From Ostreococcus lucimarinus (Eukaryota), in NCBI GenBank assembly GCA_000092065.1, contig CP000581.1: a DNA stretch of 64,000 nt; one strand, given 5' to 3'. Positions 63,128 through 64,000 of the stretch are shown here, piece after piece; position 1 is the first letter of the stretch; every line of letters starts with the position of its first letter. The notes beneath the pieces were generated by a model. The model was given only the letters and a program-made list of their open reading frames with translations, had not been told where the DNA came from and did no database searches. A program made the position numbers and the translations under genes.

Positions 63128-64000
63128 TTACAGGACGAATTTGCGGCGACAATGTCTCGTGCCGTCGGTGTCGGTGCTTCGAACGTACTCGTACTCGCCG
63201 TGCTTGCTGTCGAAGGTGCCCTTTTGTACGGACATCAGTCGAAGCGTGAATCGCGGTCCGAGCTCTTGCAATCGGGCCTGAATCATCGTGTTTACGGGCG
63301 GTGGCTTCTCCGCATCTTCATCCTCGTCGCTATCTTCATCAGCACTATCTTCATCGTCTTCTTCTTCGCTATTATCGTCGTCATCCATCTCTATGCTCTT
63401 TCTCTTTTTGGATGAGCGCTTCCCTCTACCCTCCTTCATAGAATCGCGCACGTGATCGGGAACCTCCGCGGTCGCTAAGTGTCCCGCGTGCGGTAACCGA
63501 CGACCCTTCTTTTCTTCAAACACGTAGCGATGATGTCTGAAGAATATGAAATCGCGTTGATTGTGAAACGTCACCACGCGTCGGCCTTTGAATTCGGGCT
63601 TTTGCGGAAACACCGACGCAAACATTCTCGACACTCGGTGCCCTAATCGCGTGCTAAAGTTGTTTAAAATCAACTCCGGGTAATGACTCGTTGCCCTCCC
63701 GTGACCTTTGATCTCCTTCGACAACTTGAGAGAAGAGAGCTTGTACAAGCACGTTGGTCCTTCGGGAAGGTGGACGTGCAACATCCCGTTTACTCTCGCG
63801 CCTTTGCTAAATTTTTTATTCTCGTTAAACACCAACACATCCGTGAACCCTCTCGCCGTGCCATGCTTCACGATCTCTTTGACCTGATAATTCCTTCGCG
63901 CGTAGTAATACGCGTTCGGGATCACCGTGAACAAATTCTCCAAAAACTTGAACATGTCCCCGCTCGGCTTTCGGCTCGTCGTTATGATAATTTTCGGCGA
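63128..64000 (-). CDS. RPF1: Brix-domain ribosome biogenesis protein (RPF1-like), 5' end truncated at window edge
   Basis: Brix domain (FTVIPNAYYYARRNYQVKEIV...FKGRRVVTFHNQRDFIFFRHHRY) and an acidic/Lys-rich tail. The frame continues upstream of the ORF's Met to the window end as ..SPKIIITTSRKPSGD, matching the RPF1 KPKILITTSRKPS motif. Confidence 0.75.
   Translation of the reverse strand, partial: SPKIIITTSRKPSGDMFKFLENLFTVIPNAYYYARRNYQVKEIVKHGTARGFTDVLVFNENKKFSKGARVNGMLHVHLPEGPTCLYKLSSLKLSKEIKGHGRATSHYPELILNNFSTRLGHRVSRMFASVFPQKPEFKGRRVVTFHNQRDFIFFRHHRYVFEEKKGRRLPHAGHLATAEVPDHVRDSMKEGRGKRSSKKRKSIEMDDDDNSEEEDDEDSADEDSDEDEDAEKPPPVNTMIQARLQELGPRFTLRLMSVQKGTFDSKHGEYEYVRSTDTDGTRHCRRKFVL

Overview
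This 64-kb window (roughly 64% GC) reads as a gene-dense nuclear segment from a small green alga. The whole sequence is consistent with a prasinophyte (Mamiellophyceae; Micromonas- or Ostreococcus-like) chromosome. I cannot run a search, so the taxon is an inference from content.

The eukaryotic call rests on recognisable nuclear genes: HSP90, 60S ribosomal protein L3, proteasome RPN3, SRP19, dynein light chain LC8, MetAP1 and MetAP2, dymeclin, a SCD1-like DENN/WD40 protein, MPC1 and CURT1. Seven short spliceosomal introns (63-330 nt) could be placed exactly from homology breaks, with donors GTAAGA, GTACGT, GTGCGT and GTACGC. Three minus-strand genes carry a TGTAA motif over or just past the stop codon, which fits the green-algal poly(A) signal.

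About 45 protein-coding genes are packed at roughly one per 1.4 kb. Several divergent gene pairs have start codons only 50-120 bp apart. I found no rRNA, tRNA, CRISPR array or transposon.

The ORF track uses alternative start codons (GTG/TTG), so several listed starts were moved to the first in-frame ATG. The track also reports many long Arg/Ala-rich ORFs on antisense or non-coding frames, a high-GC artefact; these were rejected.

The main observations worth a second look are:
- A roughly 200-bp imperfect inverted repeat (47630-47835) is centred on a perfect 18-nt palindrome. It carries the ATG and first ~30 codons of two divergent genes, so both proteins begin with mirror-image leader peptides.
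- The MetAP1 catalytic domain is preceded, in one uninterrupted ORF, by a nucleoplasmin-like beta-domain plus an acidic tract.
- The RPL3 coding sequence begins GTG TCT CAT (.SHRKFE) directly after a CAG acceptor, suggesting a start codon split across a 5' intron.
- A membrane-anchored hypothetical protein carries an HNH-nuclease-like Cys/His motif.
- A 1.35-kb microsatellite-rich region with no recognisable gene lies upstream of a voltage-gated K+ channel gene.
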